IMG/VR virus record: IMGVR_UViG_3300028591_000005
Span: 32,001 to 96,000 of that record
Length of the DNA: 64,000 bases
Source: a virus
Taxonomy: Duplodnaviria > Caudoviricetes
Strand: one strand, 5' to 3'
The notes below the pieces were generated by a model. It was not told where the DNA came from. It did no database searches and worked only from the letters and a program-made list of their open reading frames with translations. Made by a program: the position numbers and the translations under genes. Each line of letters opens with the position of its first letter. Position 1 is the first letter of the stretch. Positions 49,483-59,322 of the stretch are shown in pieces.

Positions 49483-49776
49483 TTACTCAGCCTGAGCTGC
49501 ATCTGCTGCCTTTGCTGCTGCATCATCATATGCAAGTCCTGCTTCGGTAGCCTTGATAAACTTAACAGTCTTGTGAGTACCATCCTCAAGTTCGATCTCA
49601 GCGGGAATTCTCTCTGCATATCCCTTTCTCTGAAGACCAGAGGTAACGATACCGTCAACTGACTTCTTCTCCATACCAAGTGCCTCAGCAATATCAGCTG
49701 CTGTCATGTTCTCATCCTTGTTATCCTTAAGATAATTAAGAACTACTAAACTCTTCTCACTTACTGCCTGTGCCAT
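49483..49776 (-). CDS. Winged-helix DNA-binding protein (paralogous to 46687-47058)
   Basis: 'VLNYLKDN...TAADIAEALGM...V.G...LQRKGYAER'; two tandem promoters. Confidence 0.75.
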   Translation of the reverse strand: MAQAVSEKSLVVLNYLKDNKDENMTAADIAEALGMEKKSVDGIVTSGLQRKGYAERIPAEIELEDGTHKTVKFIKATEAGLAYDDAAAKAADAAQAE

Positions 49777-49859
49777 AATAATTTTTCTCCTTTTTAAATA
49801 AAAAATTAATTAATTAAATAAATTCTATAAGTGATAGGTTTTATCACTTTTCATAAATA

Positions 49860-49978
49860 ATTATACCAAAAATTTTGTATGTTGTCAAGTCATTTTCAAT
49901 TTTTGATATAAAATTTTTTCAAAGAATATTTTCTATCTCTTATAAAAATATTATACTAAAAATTTTTACAAAAGTCAA
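49860..49978 (-). promoter_or_regulatory. Two tandem class I promoters
   Basis: TTGACA-17-TATAAT (49888-49860) and TTGACT-17-TATAAT (49978-49950). Confidence 0.75.
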
Positions 49979-50073
49979 GTTTTTTGAAAAATTTTTAATT
50001 ATGAAAAATGAGGGAACTATCATATTATATGATTAAACCTCATTATCATTTTACTTCTTTTGCCCAAAGGCAA

Positions 50074-50182
50074 CAATACGGGTAAGGATTTGCACCTTAC
50101 ATGATTGGCTTTTATGTACATTTGCCCGAACCAACCTAATCGTTCCTCGGCTAACAGCGTCTACCTATTCCACCACCGCATT
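50074..50182 (-). ncRNA. tRNA-like RNA with non-canonical anticodon/variable region
   Basis: Acceptor AATGCGG/CCGTATT, Leu-type D arm TGGTGGAATAGGTAGACGC, T arm GTAAGG-TGCAAAT-CCTTAC; ~56-nt middle lacks a 5-bp/7-nt anticodon arm; no CCA. Confidence 0.65.
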
Positions 50183-50273
50183 TTTTTAATAGGCTGTCTC
50201 TTAAATTCCACTTAGCTACAGCGTTATACGAACTCGCCACTATCACATTGGCTTCCACAGTCTGTCGTAGCAC

Positions 50274-50585
50274 CTATTCTTTAATCTCTATCATATAATC
50301 CATACAGCTCCAACCACCATCAGCTTTTACTTTTGTAATTATTTTATCATAATATGAAATCAATTCATGATTTTCTTCGTCCATTTTTCCATGATGATAC
50401 CAAGCACATGCTTTTGGATTAAAATAATCTGTTCCGATAGAAATTCTGCCCCATTCAGTTTTATCAGATAATATAGCATTAACAAATTCTTCTACAGTAA
50501 TATTATTATAATGTAATATTACTTCATAAGGGGCAGTACAATCTCCTCTTGTTCGACCACATTGTTCTAATTCAAATATTTTCAT
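50274..50585 (-). CDS. Hypothetical protein
   Basis: 103 aa, promoter at 50611-50639. Confidence 0.6.
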   Translation of the reverse strand: MKIFELEQCGRTRGDCTAPYEVILHYNNITVEEFVNAILSDKTEWGRISIGTDYFNPKACAWYHHGKMDEENHELISYYDKIITKVKADGGWSCMDYMIEIKE

Positions 50586-50650
50586 ATGCTCTCCAATTTA
50601 TTCTATAAATATTATAACAAAAATTTTCTAAAAAATCAACTTAAGATTTA

Positions 50651-52591
50651 TCAATATAGTCTATATAATTCTTCTTCTGAAATAACAGGAATACCGAGTC
50701 TTTTTGCATCAGCGCTCTTTCCAGTAGTGCTATTCTTGTCATTACATATAAGATATGTAGTCTTAGAAGAAACTGAACCGGTTACCTTGCCACCATGAGC
50801 TTCGATTTCCGCTTTAATATCATCACGCTTTTTACTGAGCTTGCCTGTAATAACAAAGACTTTATCTTTAACACCTTCAGACTGAGCAACCTCATTTGTC
50901 TCTACCGACTTAAAGTTAAGCATTTCCGCAATCTCGTCTGCCTCAGTATAATCAAAAGAGTTAATTGCTTTACTCATTTCAGGACCGAATCCATCAAAAG
51001 CCGTCCAATCTCCACCAACCGCATCTCTGAAATCTTTCCATGTTGGATAATACTTTACGATTTCTTTGGATATAGTTGATCCAACAAGTGGGATACCCAA
51101 TGCTGATATGAAAGCCTGTACTGATGTTCCAACTCTTGCGGCGTCAATAGCCGATAAGATTTTCCCGACAGAAGCTTCTCCAAAACCTGCTTTTGATACC
51201 CATTCAGCTTTATGTTCATTAAGTCTAAATATGTCTGCAAGTCCATTTATCCAGCCCCATTCAATTAACTTCTCTATTGTTTTAAGAGAAATACCTTTAA
51301 CGTCAAGACCTTTCTTACCAAAAAAATGGTCAATTCTATTTGCGAGTTTTCCTTCACATGCTGGATTACTACAAATAATAGTAAGAACTCCGCTATCTGA
51401 TTCAATAATATCTGTAGGTTTTCCGCATATAGGACATACATTACAAAATCCACTATTAAGAGTATGGTCATGAACTATATCATTTCTTTCTGCTCTTGAT
51501 ATTTGAGGAATTATCTGATTTTGTTTAACAACCCAAATTTTCTGATGTTTCTCAGGAAACATACCAAGAGTTTCTCTCATTATCGAAAGATTATGCATAG
51601 ACGCTCTTTCAATAATACTATCACCTGTATCAATAGGTTCAAATATTGCTACTGGTGTAAGAACTCCAGTTCTACCCATAGTCCATTCTATATCAAGTAA
51701 TTCAGTTTCATATTCTTCGTCATAAAATTTATAAGCAAGTCCACCGCGGAAATGATGTTCCGTATTTCCTAATGATTGATAATACTTACAATCATTATAT
51801 TTAATTACTAATCCATCAATAGGATAATGTAAATCTTTTGCAATTTCTTTTAAAGTATAAAAATCATCTTCAGTGGTGTAGAATTCATCTTTATCTTGAA
51901 ATAAAAACGGTACATTTTTAAACCCTAAATTGCATAAAGCATAAAGTTTATCAGAAAGAGTTTTTTCTGGCAATCCCTGGATACAATCCCATGCTATAAA
52001 AGATAAGCCACTATTACGATTTTCATTAGCATTAAGACGCCTGATAGCACCTGCCGCATAGTTTCTTGGATTGGCAAAATCATTTGAAAAATTCTTTTCA
52101 AAAGTTTCAGTATCACAAATAATTTCACCATCAACTATAAGAGTATCTTTAAATGGAATTTCTATAGGAACATTTTTTACAGTAATAATATTATGAGTAA
52201 TATCTTCACCTACTGCTCCATTTCCTCTTGTTTCTGCGGAAACAAGTTTTCCATCTTCATATTTTAAAGAAGCGGTAAGACCATCCATTTTAAGCATTGT
52301 AATAACTTCATTAGCTTTTTTAAATTCATTCACTTCTGATATTTCTTTTGTCTTAGCTAATGAAAGCATAGGATGATTATGTGCAACTTTATTTAATTTA
52401 GATACTTCTTCAAAATGAATTTTTTGAGTAGGGGAATCAGGATATATGATTCCTTCTTCCTCTTCCATTTTTACAAGTTTAAAATAAAGTTCATCCCACT
52501 CTTTATCAGAAATTGCGGGATGTCCTGCATCATATAACCTTGTATATTCATTAAGTTTATCTATAAGTTCTCTTATTGTATATTCAGGCAT
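50651..52591 (-). CDS. ligA: NAD-dependent DNA ligase
   Basis: HPMLSL, KMDG, TRGNG..GEDIT, NPRN, DGLV, GRTG, Zn finger, HhH, BRCT; start MPEYT likely. Confidence 0.95.
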   Translation of the reverse strand: MPEYTIRELIDKLNEYTRLYDAGHPAISDKEWDELYFKLVKMEEEEGIIYPDSPTQKIHFEEVSKLNKVAHNHPMLSLAKTKEISEVNEFKKANEVITMLKMDGLTASLKYEDGKLVSAETRGNGAVGEDITHNIITVKNVPIEIPFKDTLIVDGEIICDTETFEKNFSNDFANPRNYAAGAIRRLNANENRNSGLSFIAWDCIQGLPEKTLSDKLYALCNLGFKNVPFLFQDKDEFYTTEDDFYTLKEIAKDLHYPIDGLVIKYNDCKYYQSLGNTEHHFRGGLAYKFYDEEYETELLDIEWTMGRTGVLTPVAIFEPIDTGDSIIERASMHNLSIMRETLGMFPEKHQKIWVVKQNQIIPQISRAERNDIVHDHTLNSGFCNVCPICGKPTDIIESDSGVLTIICSNPACEGKLANRIDHFFGKKGLDVKGISLKTIEKLIEWGWINGLADIFRLNEHKAEWVSKAGFGEASVGKILSAIDAARVGTSVQAFISALGIPLVGSTISKEIVKYYPTWKDFRDAVGGDWTAFDGFGPEMSKAINSFDYTEADEIAEMLNFKSVETNEVAQSEGVKDKVFVITGKLSKKRDDIKAEIEAHGGKVTGSVSSKTTYLICNDKNSTTGKSADAKRLGIPVISEEELYRLY

Positions 52592-52811
52592 CTCGTTCTT
52601 CCTTTGCTCTTTCTTTTTCAATTATTTGAAAATGTTTTGCATATTCTTCGGGATATTCTTCTTTGAATTCCTTATATAATTCTTCAAATTCTTCATTCAT
52701 TTTCTGATAATGAAAAATCATTCCAGCATGAATTTCAACATTTCTAATACACTCGTCAATTGTATGTAAACCACATTCTTTTCCAAACTCAATACAATTT
52801 TTTAATGTCAT
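52584..52811 (-). CDS. Hypothetical protein
   Basis: 75 aa, promoter at 52839-52867. Confidence 0.55.
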   Translation of the reverse strand: MTLKNCIEFGKECGLHTIDECIRNVEIHAGMIFHYQKMNEEFEELYKEFKEEYPEEYAKHFQIIEKERAKEERDA

Positions 52812-52918
52812 ATTTTTCCCCTTTCATCTTATATAAATATTATATCAAAAATTTTATTAAAAATCAAAAAATGGGGATAGACCTAAGTCTATCCCCTAAT
52901 CGCCGCTTTTCAATTAAA

Positions 52919-53599
52919 TTATCTAGTTTCAAACCAATGATCTTCTATCTGAAGATGATTGTTTGCCCATTCAAATCTACCTCTCGCAAAATATACGTAA
53001 TCATGTGGATTGCATCCAATGCCTTGTTCTTCCATATATTTTTCAAAAGCAGACTCAGGTGTATCTCTAACTATATAAAGTATAATTTTCATATTGTCAA
53101 TTGATTCTTGAGATACAACATTTCTTGCTTCCCAGGTGGTAAACTGACCTTCTGCACTTAATACTCCATAAATTGTATTTGGATAATATTCACTTATCAA
53201 TCTATTAAGTATTACTTCAATAACTGCTCGTCTACCATCTTCACATTGATTTCCTGCTTCAAGAACTGCAATTCTACATATTAAATCAATATCTTCATCA
53301 GATAAAGAATTGATTATATCATAGTAATAAGTATTTAGTTCTTCTATAACTTTTTCTTCAACTATTTCAACAATTTCTACTTCTTCTATTTCTATAGAAT
53401 TTAAAATAGCTGAAGCGCCTCCGTGTGGAAGCTTAATTGGCTCATCAATTACAGACTCTACTTCTGCAATTTCAGATTGGCTAGTTTCATTTTGCGGTTG
53501 CCAGTCTATACGTTCTATTACTCTAGATACTCCGAATCCAAAAGCAAAGGAAGCTAAACAACAGCAAATGATGAAAAGCCGGGTCTTGACTTGCATCAT
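52919..53599 (-). CDS. SleB/CwlJ-family (Hydrolase_2) cell-wall hydrolase with N-terminal anchor
   Basis: 'LICRIAVLEAG...AV..VILNR...YPNTIYGV...QF', terminal 'IEDHWF'. Confidence 0.8.
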   Translation of the reverse strand: MMQVKTRLFIICCCLASFAFGFGVSRVIERIDWQPQNETSQSEIAEVESVIDEPIKLPHGGASAILNSIEIEEVEIVEIVEEKVIEELNTYYYDIINSLSDEDIDLICRIAVLEAGNQCEDGRRAVIEVILNRLISEYYPNTIYGVLSAEGQFTTWEARNVVSQESIDNMKIILYIVRDTPESAFEKYMEEQGIGCNPHDYVYFARGRFEWANNHLQIEDHWFETR

Positions 53600-53732
53600 T
53601 ATTTTCCTCCTATATTGAGCGGCTAAATATATATGATTTTCAAATAAATAAAATTATAAAAATCATACCATATATTATATATTATAACATAAATTTTTAT
53701 AAAAGTAAAGAGGTGGCATCGCCACCTCTTGA

Positions 53733-56087
53733 TTAAATCTTTGTTATAGATATTACTTTATTATCTTTTATTAACATATTTCCAATGCCCGCCTTGGTCA
53801 AGAGAGGAATATCTTGTGCAGAAATGCATATGCTAGTTTTATTTCCGCATATAAGCACATTATCTTCATCAGATACCATTGTTGCACCTATAAGAATACC
53901 ATTTGCAGTAGAAGTCTTATAAATAATAGTACCTTTTCCGCCACGAGTTTGAGTTAAAAATTCTTTTAAAGCAACTTTCTTACCGATGCCAGTGCTTGTG
54001 AAGATTGCAACTTGATCAGTATCTTTATGAACAGACATCGCTGACACCACATAGTCGCCTTCCGCAAGTTTAATTGCTTTAACACCTGTAGCTACTCTAC
54101 CGATAGGAGTAATTGCCGTAGTACCAAATCTGATATTCATTCCATCTTTTGTTACAAGAATAATATCTTCATCATCTTGGAAGAGAATCTTAACTACGCT
54201 ATCTTCTTCTGCGACCTTAAGAGCTGCGATTCCAGCATTTTTATTTGTTTTAGTATATTCTTCAAGATAAGACTTTTTAATAATACCATTCTTCGTTAAG
54301 AAGAAAATGTATTTAGGAAGAGTCTTTCTGTGAAGAGAAGTGATTGCAATAATCTTTTCATCATTCTCCAATTTAACAAGAGATGCAATAGGAACACCTT
54401 TCGAGGTATTAGTTCCATCGGGGATATTATCTACAATAGTACGATACATCTTACCCTTATTAGAGAAGAACATGATATAATCAACTGTATTCGTTTTGAC
54501 TACATCAAAAATTACATCATCTACAGATTTTACGCCCTTTCCGCCTTTCTTTTGTACCTTAAATGCGGAAACCGGTACTTTCTTAATAAGACCAGATTCT
54601 GTAGTGATTACAACAACATCTACGGGAACTACTTCTGCAATCTCTTTTTCTTCTTTTGGAACTTCAATCTGAGCCAACTGAGTACGTCTTGCATCACCAT
54701 ACTTCTTAACAATTGCTTCAAGACGCTCTCTTATCATTTTTAATTGCTCTTCTTTTGACTCAAGAAGTAAAATATAATAATCAATCTGTTCACTTAAAGC
54801 CTGAGCTTCTTTTGTCAACTCAAGTTTATCAAGCTTTGTTAACGAACTTAATCTCATGGCTAAGATTGCTTTAGCCTGTCTTTCAGAGAAACCTAACTGA
54901 ATTAATTTCTCTTTAGCTTCAGCACTATCCTGACTACCTTTGATCAATACAATAACGTCGTCTATATTCGCAAGAGCCTTAAGTAAACCAGAAACAACCT
55001 CAGCTCTATCCTTAGCTTTCTCAAGTCTTGTATTTGTTTCTTTAATAAGACAGTCTATATTATGATTAATATAAACTTCAATAGCCTGTTCAAGATTTAA
55101 TTCAGTTGGTGTCTTATTGATAAGAGCAACCTGATTATAAGATATTGAAGTTTGAAGGTTTGTTTTAGAGAAAAGCTTTGCAGCAATAGCTTCAGGGTTA
55201 ACGCCTTTTTTACATTCGATAACGATTCTTAAACCATTCTTATTACTTTCATCACGAACTTCATCTATACCTTCTATTTCTTTTGCATCACAGACTTCGC
55301 CAATCTGAGCTAAAATTCCTTCAACAGTTTCGCCATATGGAATCTCATAAAATACAAGGTTATTCTTCTCAATTTTGTAACATCCTCTTACTTTTACAGA
55401 ACCATGTCCTGTTCTCATAATAGCGGGAATGTCATTTTTATTTATAATAAGTCCACCTGTTGGAAAGTCAGGTCCAGGTAAAGTAACTGCTTTTCCATCC
55501 ATGCTGTCATAAATAGCCTGAGCAACCTCTTTTAAATTATGAGGAAGCCAATTACAAGCCATTGCAACACCAATACCTGTGTTTGGATTACATAAAAGAT
55601 TAGGGAAGATTGAAGGAAGCGTTTCAGGCTCTTCCATTGTTTCATCATAATTAGGAATAAAATCTACATTTCTTTCTTTTAATCCAACAAGAAGACCATC
55701 TTCCGCAATCTTACTAAGCCTTGCTTCAGTATAACGACCTGCAGCAGGACCATCACCCATCTGGTTTCCATTTGAACCATGCCAATCAATAAGAGGATAT
55801 CTCAAAACCCAAGGTTGAGATAATCTTACCATTGCACCGTATATTGCTGCATCTCCATGAGGATGATATTTACCCATAACATCTCCATAGATTCTTGCAC
55901 ATTTTACATGGGGTTTATTAGAAGTTCTTCCTTCTTCAAACATAGACCAAAGAATTCTTTTTGCAACAGGCTTAAGACCAGATCTTGCATCAGGTATCGC
56001 CCTGTCAGTATTACAAGCTACCGCGTATTCAATAAAATTTGTACCTAGTTCATTTTTTACATCATTTGTATCAAAAATTTCACTCAA
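53733..56087 (-). CDS. gyrA: Type IIA topoisomerase/gyrase subunit A
   Basis: RAIPD..GLKP, YHPHGD, AAGRYTEARL, PDFPTGG; beta-pinwheel CTD with QKKGGKG. Confidence 0.9.
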   Translation of the reverse strand: MSEIFDTNDVKNELGTNFIEYAVACNTDRAIPDARSGLKPVAKRILWSMFEEGRTSNKPHVKCARIYGDVMGKYHPHGDAAIYGAMVRLSQPWVLRYPLIDWHGSNGNQMGDGPAAGRYTEARLSKIAEDGLLVGLKERNVDFIPNYDETMEEPETLPSIFPNLLCNPNTGIGVAMACNWLPHNLKEVAQAIYDSMDGKAVTLPGPDFPTGGLIINKNDIPAIMRTGHGSVKVRGCYKIEKNNLVFYEIPYGETVEGILAQIGEVCDAKEIEGIDEVRDESNKNGLRIVIECKKGVNPEAIAAKLFSKTNLQTSISYNQVALINKTPTELNLEQAIEVYINHNIDCLIKETNTRLEKAKDRAEVVSGLLKALANIDDVIVLIKGSQDSAEAKEKLIQLGFSERQAKAILAMRLSSLTKLDKLELTKEAQALSEQIDYYILLLESKEEQLKMIRERLEAIVKKYGDARRTQLAQIEVPKEEKEIAEVVPVDVVVITTESGLIKKVPVSAFKVQKKGGKGVKSVDDVIFDVVKTNTVDYIMFFSNKGKMYRTIVDNIPDGTNTSKGVPIASLVKLENDEKIIAITSLHRKTLPKYIFFLTKNGIIKKSYLEEYTKTNKNAGIAALKVAEEDSVVKILFQDDEDIILVTKDGMNIRFGTTAITPIGRVATGVKAIKLAEGDYVVSAMSVHKDTDQVAIFTSTGIGKKVALKEFLTQTRGGKGTIIYKTSTANGILIGATMVSDEDNVLICGNKTSICISAQDIPLLTKAGIGNMLIKDNKVISITKI

Positions 56088-56967
56088 TTAAATACTCCTC
56101 TCCTAACAACATTTCCAATGTCATGTTATCTCTTTCCCAATAAGGAATTCTGACTAAAGGAATATTATTATCTTTTGCATATTTATTTTTTATTATATCA
56201 TTATTTTTTGTTTCTGTCAAATTATGTGTAAAATATTCTTGTTCTTCAAAATGTTGAATTCCATCAAATTCAATCAATCTAATTAAATTATCATTTTGAT
56301 ATATTCCAAAATCATATCTAAGTGGTTTTATATTTTTTAAATCATTAAAGGTAATTTGTTCTTGATACTGAATATTATTTTCTTCAAGTATCTTTTTAAT
56401 GTTCATTTCACCTATTGATGTTTTTATACAACCACAAGATTGAATTCCACCTCTTTTTAATTGATAACCAGCAACTTCTTTTTGATTACCACAATCGCAT
56501 TGACAAACCCAATACATATGAGATCCATCTTTCATTGAAGTTGGATACATAGCAATTAGTTTACCAAATCTTTGTCCTTTTAAATTTTCATACGTTTTAT
56601 GATAAGGACAATTTTGTTTACCGCAGCTATTAACTTGTCCACCATTTAAATTATTAGAAGTAACTTCATGTTCATTTCCACAATCACATTTGCATTTCCA
56701 AACGATACTTCGATGAAATCTTTTCCCAGTATCTTCTATTACTGTTAAATGACCAAATCTTTGTCCTACTAATCTGGTACTTAATGTAATTTCTTTTTCA
56801 GGTATTAAACTTTTATCTTCAATTACTTGATAATCTCCATCACACCAAGTACCAATTCTAGTAAGAATATAGCCTTTATTTTTCATTGACTCAACAGTTC
56901 GATTAAAAGATCTGTGTACTGTATTAGGTGAATAATTATATTTTTCACAAAACTCTTTTAATGTCAT
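56080..56967 (-). CDS. Free-standing endonuclease (CxC repeat plus PD-(D/E)XK/Vsr-like), paralogue of 24269-25051
   Basis: 'GQRFG.L...W.C.CDCG...SCG' x2; 'LRYDF...LIEFDGIQH'. Confidence 0.7.
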   Translation of the reverse strand: MTLKEFCEKYNYSPNTVHRSFNRTVESMKNKGYILTRIGTWCDGDYQVIEDKSLIPEKEITLSTRLVGQRFGHLTVIEDTGKRFHRSIVWKCKCDCGNEHEVTSNNLNGGQVNSCGKQNCPYHKTYENLKGQRFGKLIAMYPTSMKDGSHMYWVCQCDCGNQKEVAGYQLKRGGIQSCGCIKTSIGEMNIKKILEENNIQYQEQITFNDLKNIKPLRYDFGIYQNDNLIRLIEFDGIQHFEEQEYFTHNLTETKNNDIIKNKYAKDNNIPLVRIPYWERDNMTLEMLLGEEYLIE

Positions 56968-57056
56968 AATATATTTTCCTCCTTATTTTCTCTGTTACAA
57001 TAATTGAAAATATATTATGCAAAATTAATCACTGTTGACAAAAATTGCATAAAATT

Positions 57057-57353
57057 TTACTTATATTCATCTTTATGAAGTAAAAGATAGTTATAAAGTT
57101 TCTCAGTATATTCATCTAATGTATCGTTATTTAAATCATAGAAAGAAAAATTTAATTTTTCTTCTAAATAATTTAAAATATCTTTACTTTTAATTTTATC
57201 AATATCAAATACTTCGCATATTTTATCATGTAGCTCTAATCTATGCTGTTCAAGTCCATACAATGCAAAGATACCACCTTCGTTAAGTTGAACCATAGTA
57301 GCCGCTAAATGAATATATTCTTTAATTAATTCTTTTGGACTTCTTTCTATCAT
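57057..57353 (-). CDS. Hypothetical protein
   Basis: 98 aa after gyrB. Confidence 0.55.
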   Translation of the reverse strand: MIERSPKELIKEYIHLAATMVQLNEGGIFALYGLEQHRLELHDKICEVFDIDKIKSKDILNYLEEKLNFSFYDLNNDTLDEYTEKLYNYLLLHKDEYK

Positions 57354-57359
57354 ATCTTA

Positions 57360-59270
57360 TTACTCCTGATTGTATACAGCCTCCTTTGAATGTTCTTTTA
57401 TATAAGACTTACGTGCGGTGACGCCAGTTCCCATTAACTGTTCAAAAAGAACACTTGTTGACTGAGGATCCTCAACCGTAATCTGCTTAATAATTCTATT
57501 ATTCGGATCGGTCAAAGTTTCTTCAGTCTCTTCTACGTCCATTTCACCTAAGCCCTTCATACGCTTTAACTCGTATTTCTTTCCACCTTTATAGTTAGCT
57601 CTCCATTCATCAAGTTCTTTATCATTCTTAATATACTTACTTTCTCCATTAGAGAAAATAATTCTATAAAGAGGTGGAACACCTGCATATATATAACCGT
57701 CTTTAATTAACTCAGGACAGAAATTCCAAATAAATGTATAGAAAAGATTCTTAATGTGAGCACCATCAACATCCGCATCAGACATAATGATAATCTTTCC
57801 ATAACGAAGATCTTCCTTATCGTAAGTAATCTTCATTGTCTTTGGATCAATTTTTAAACCAAAAGCATCAATCATTGTCATAATTTCTGCATTCTTTTGA
57901 ATCTGTGCAAGAGTTGCTTTCTGAGTATTAAGAATCTTACCTCTTACGGGCATAACAGCCTGGAACTCATTATTTCTTGCCATCTTAAGGTTTCCGGAAG
58001 CCGAATCACCCTCTGTGATGTAGATTTCACATTTCATTCTATCTTTAGAGTAACAGTCAGCAAGTTTTGTATCGAACTTGATTACTTTCTCTTTCTTTTT
58101 CTTTTCTGTTTCACGAGCCGCGTCTCTTGCTTTCTTAGCAGCTTCCCGCGCCTTTCTTGCACTGATTGCTTTATCAAAAATAACCTTTATATCTTTTTCA
58201 TTTATTAAGAGCCAATTAGTTAATGAATCAGTTATAAAACTAATTTCAGGCTTTGTCTCAATCTTTGTGACACGTGACTTTACTTGCGCATCATACGACA
58301 CAGATGGAGCAGTATAGTTAAATACAATGTAGATACCTTCCTGGATATCATCGCCCGTAAGGTTTTCATCCTTCTCTTTAAGCCAACCACGCTCTCTGAA
58401 AAACTTGTTCATTTCTCTTGTAAGAGTAGTCTTAAGCTGAGTGATATGAGCACCCGTGTCTGTTAAACCTGTATTTACATATGGAACAATAGTAGATGAA
58501 TAATTTGCGGTATAGGTTAATACAAGATCAAGCTTGTACTTATCTTCCTGACCATTAACTACAAGTCTATTGTTGATAATTTCTTTATCCTTAACCGCAT
58601 CATCAACTAAATCATTAAGACCATTTTTTGATGTAAATGTTTCTTTTGTACCATTATAATCAAGATTAATAATAAGTCCAGGACATAAACAACTAATAGT
58701 CTTAAATAATGTGCGAATTTTATTTATTTCAACTTCAGTATGAGTGAAAAATTCTTCTGAAGGCTGCCATTGAACAAAAGTGCCAGAAGATGTTTTATCA
58801 GCCATTGCTTTTTCAACTCGACCTTCAAATACACCCTCTTTAAAGCTAATGGCTTCCATTTTCCCATCTCGCCATGTTCTAACTCTTAACCAGTGGCTAA
58901 GGAATGTAGTAATTTTACTGCCAATACCAAAAGAACCAAGAGAAGTTCCTTCATAACTACCATCTTCACGATACTTTCCAGAAGTATTAAGTACACTAAA
59001 AGCAGCTTCAAGAATTGTTTTACCGTCTTCACGAATACTATTAGGAATAAAACCTTGTCCATAATCTTGTACAGTTACAATATCTTTATCAATGGTAACA
59101 TCTATCTGATTACCATGACCTGCATTGAATTCATCCACAGCGTTAGAAAAAATTTCGACAAGCAACTGTGTTGAATAGGTAGTATCACCTGCATAAACTC
59201 CTGGACGTAATCTAGTAAATTGCAATGGATCTAGTGATTCAATTGAATTTTCATCATATAATTTACCCAT
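57360..59270 (-). CDS. gyrB: Type IIA topoisomerase/gyrase subunit B
   Basis: EIFSNAVDE GHKL, EGDSA, PVRGKILN, DADVDGAHI, KGLGEM. Confidence 0.92.
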   Translation of the reverse strand: MGKLYDENSIESLDPLQFTRLRPGVYAGDTTYSTQLLVEIFSNAVDEFNAGHGNQIDVTIDKDIVTVQDYGQGFIPNSIREDGKTILEAAFSVLNTSGKYREDGSYEGTSLGSFGIGSKITTFLSHWLRVRTWRDGKMEAISFKEGVFEGRVEKAMADKTSSGTFVQWQPSEEFFTHTEVEINKIRTLFKTISCLCPGLIINLDYNGTKETFTSKNGLNDLVDDAVKDKEIINNRLVVNGQEDKYKLDLVLTYTANYSSTIVPYVNTGLTDTGAHITQLKTTLTREMNKFFRERGWLKEKDENLTGDDIQEGIYIVFNYTAPSVSYDAQVKSRVTKIETKPEISFITDSLTNWLLINEKDIKVIFDKAISARKAREAAKKARDAARETEKKKKEKVIKFDTKLADCYSKDRMKCEIYITEGDSASGNLKMARNNEFQAVMPVRGKILNTQKATLAQIQKNAEIMTMIDAFGLKIDPKTMKITYDKEDLRYGKIIIMSDADVDGAHIKNLFYTFIWNFCPELIKDGYIYAGVPPLYRIIFSNGESKYIKNDKELDEWRANYKGGKKYELKRMKGLGEMDVEETEETLTDPNNRIIKQITVEDPQSTSVLFEQLMGTGVTARKSYIKEHSKEAVYNQE

Positions 59271-59322
59271 AAATATTTATTTTTCTCCTATTTTTATTTA
59301 TAAATATATTATAACATAATTT

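Noticed and set aside
50000-50073. Theta (HDV-like) ribozyme after the tRNA-like RNA
   Set aside because: Only a short hairpin and a terminator-like stem; no nested double pseudoknot recognisable
25728-59270. Group I introns or inteins in nrdD, dnaE, dnaB, ligA, gyrA or gyrB
   Set aside because: ORFs are continuous and of normal length; no intein splice motifs noticed; endonucleases lie between genes
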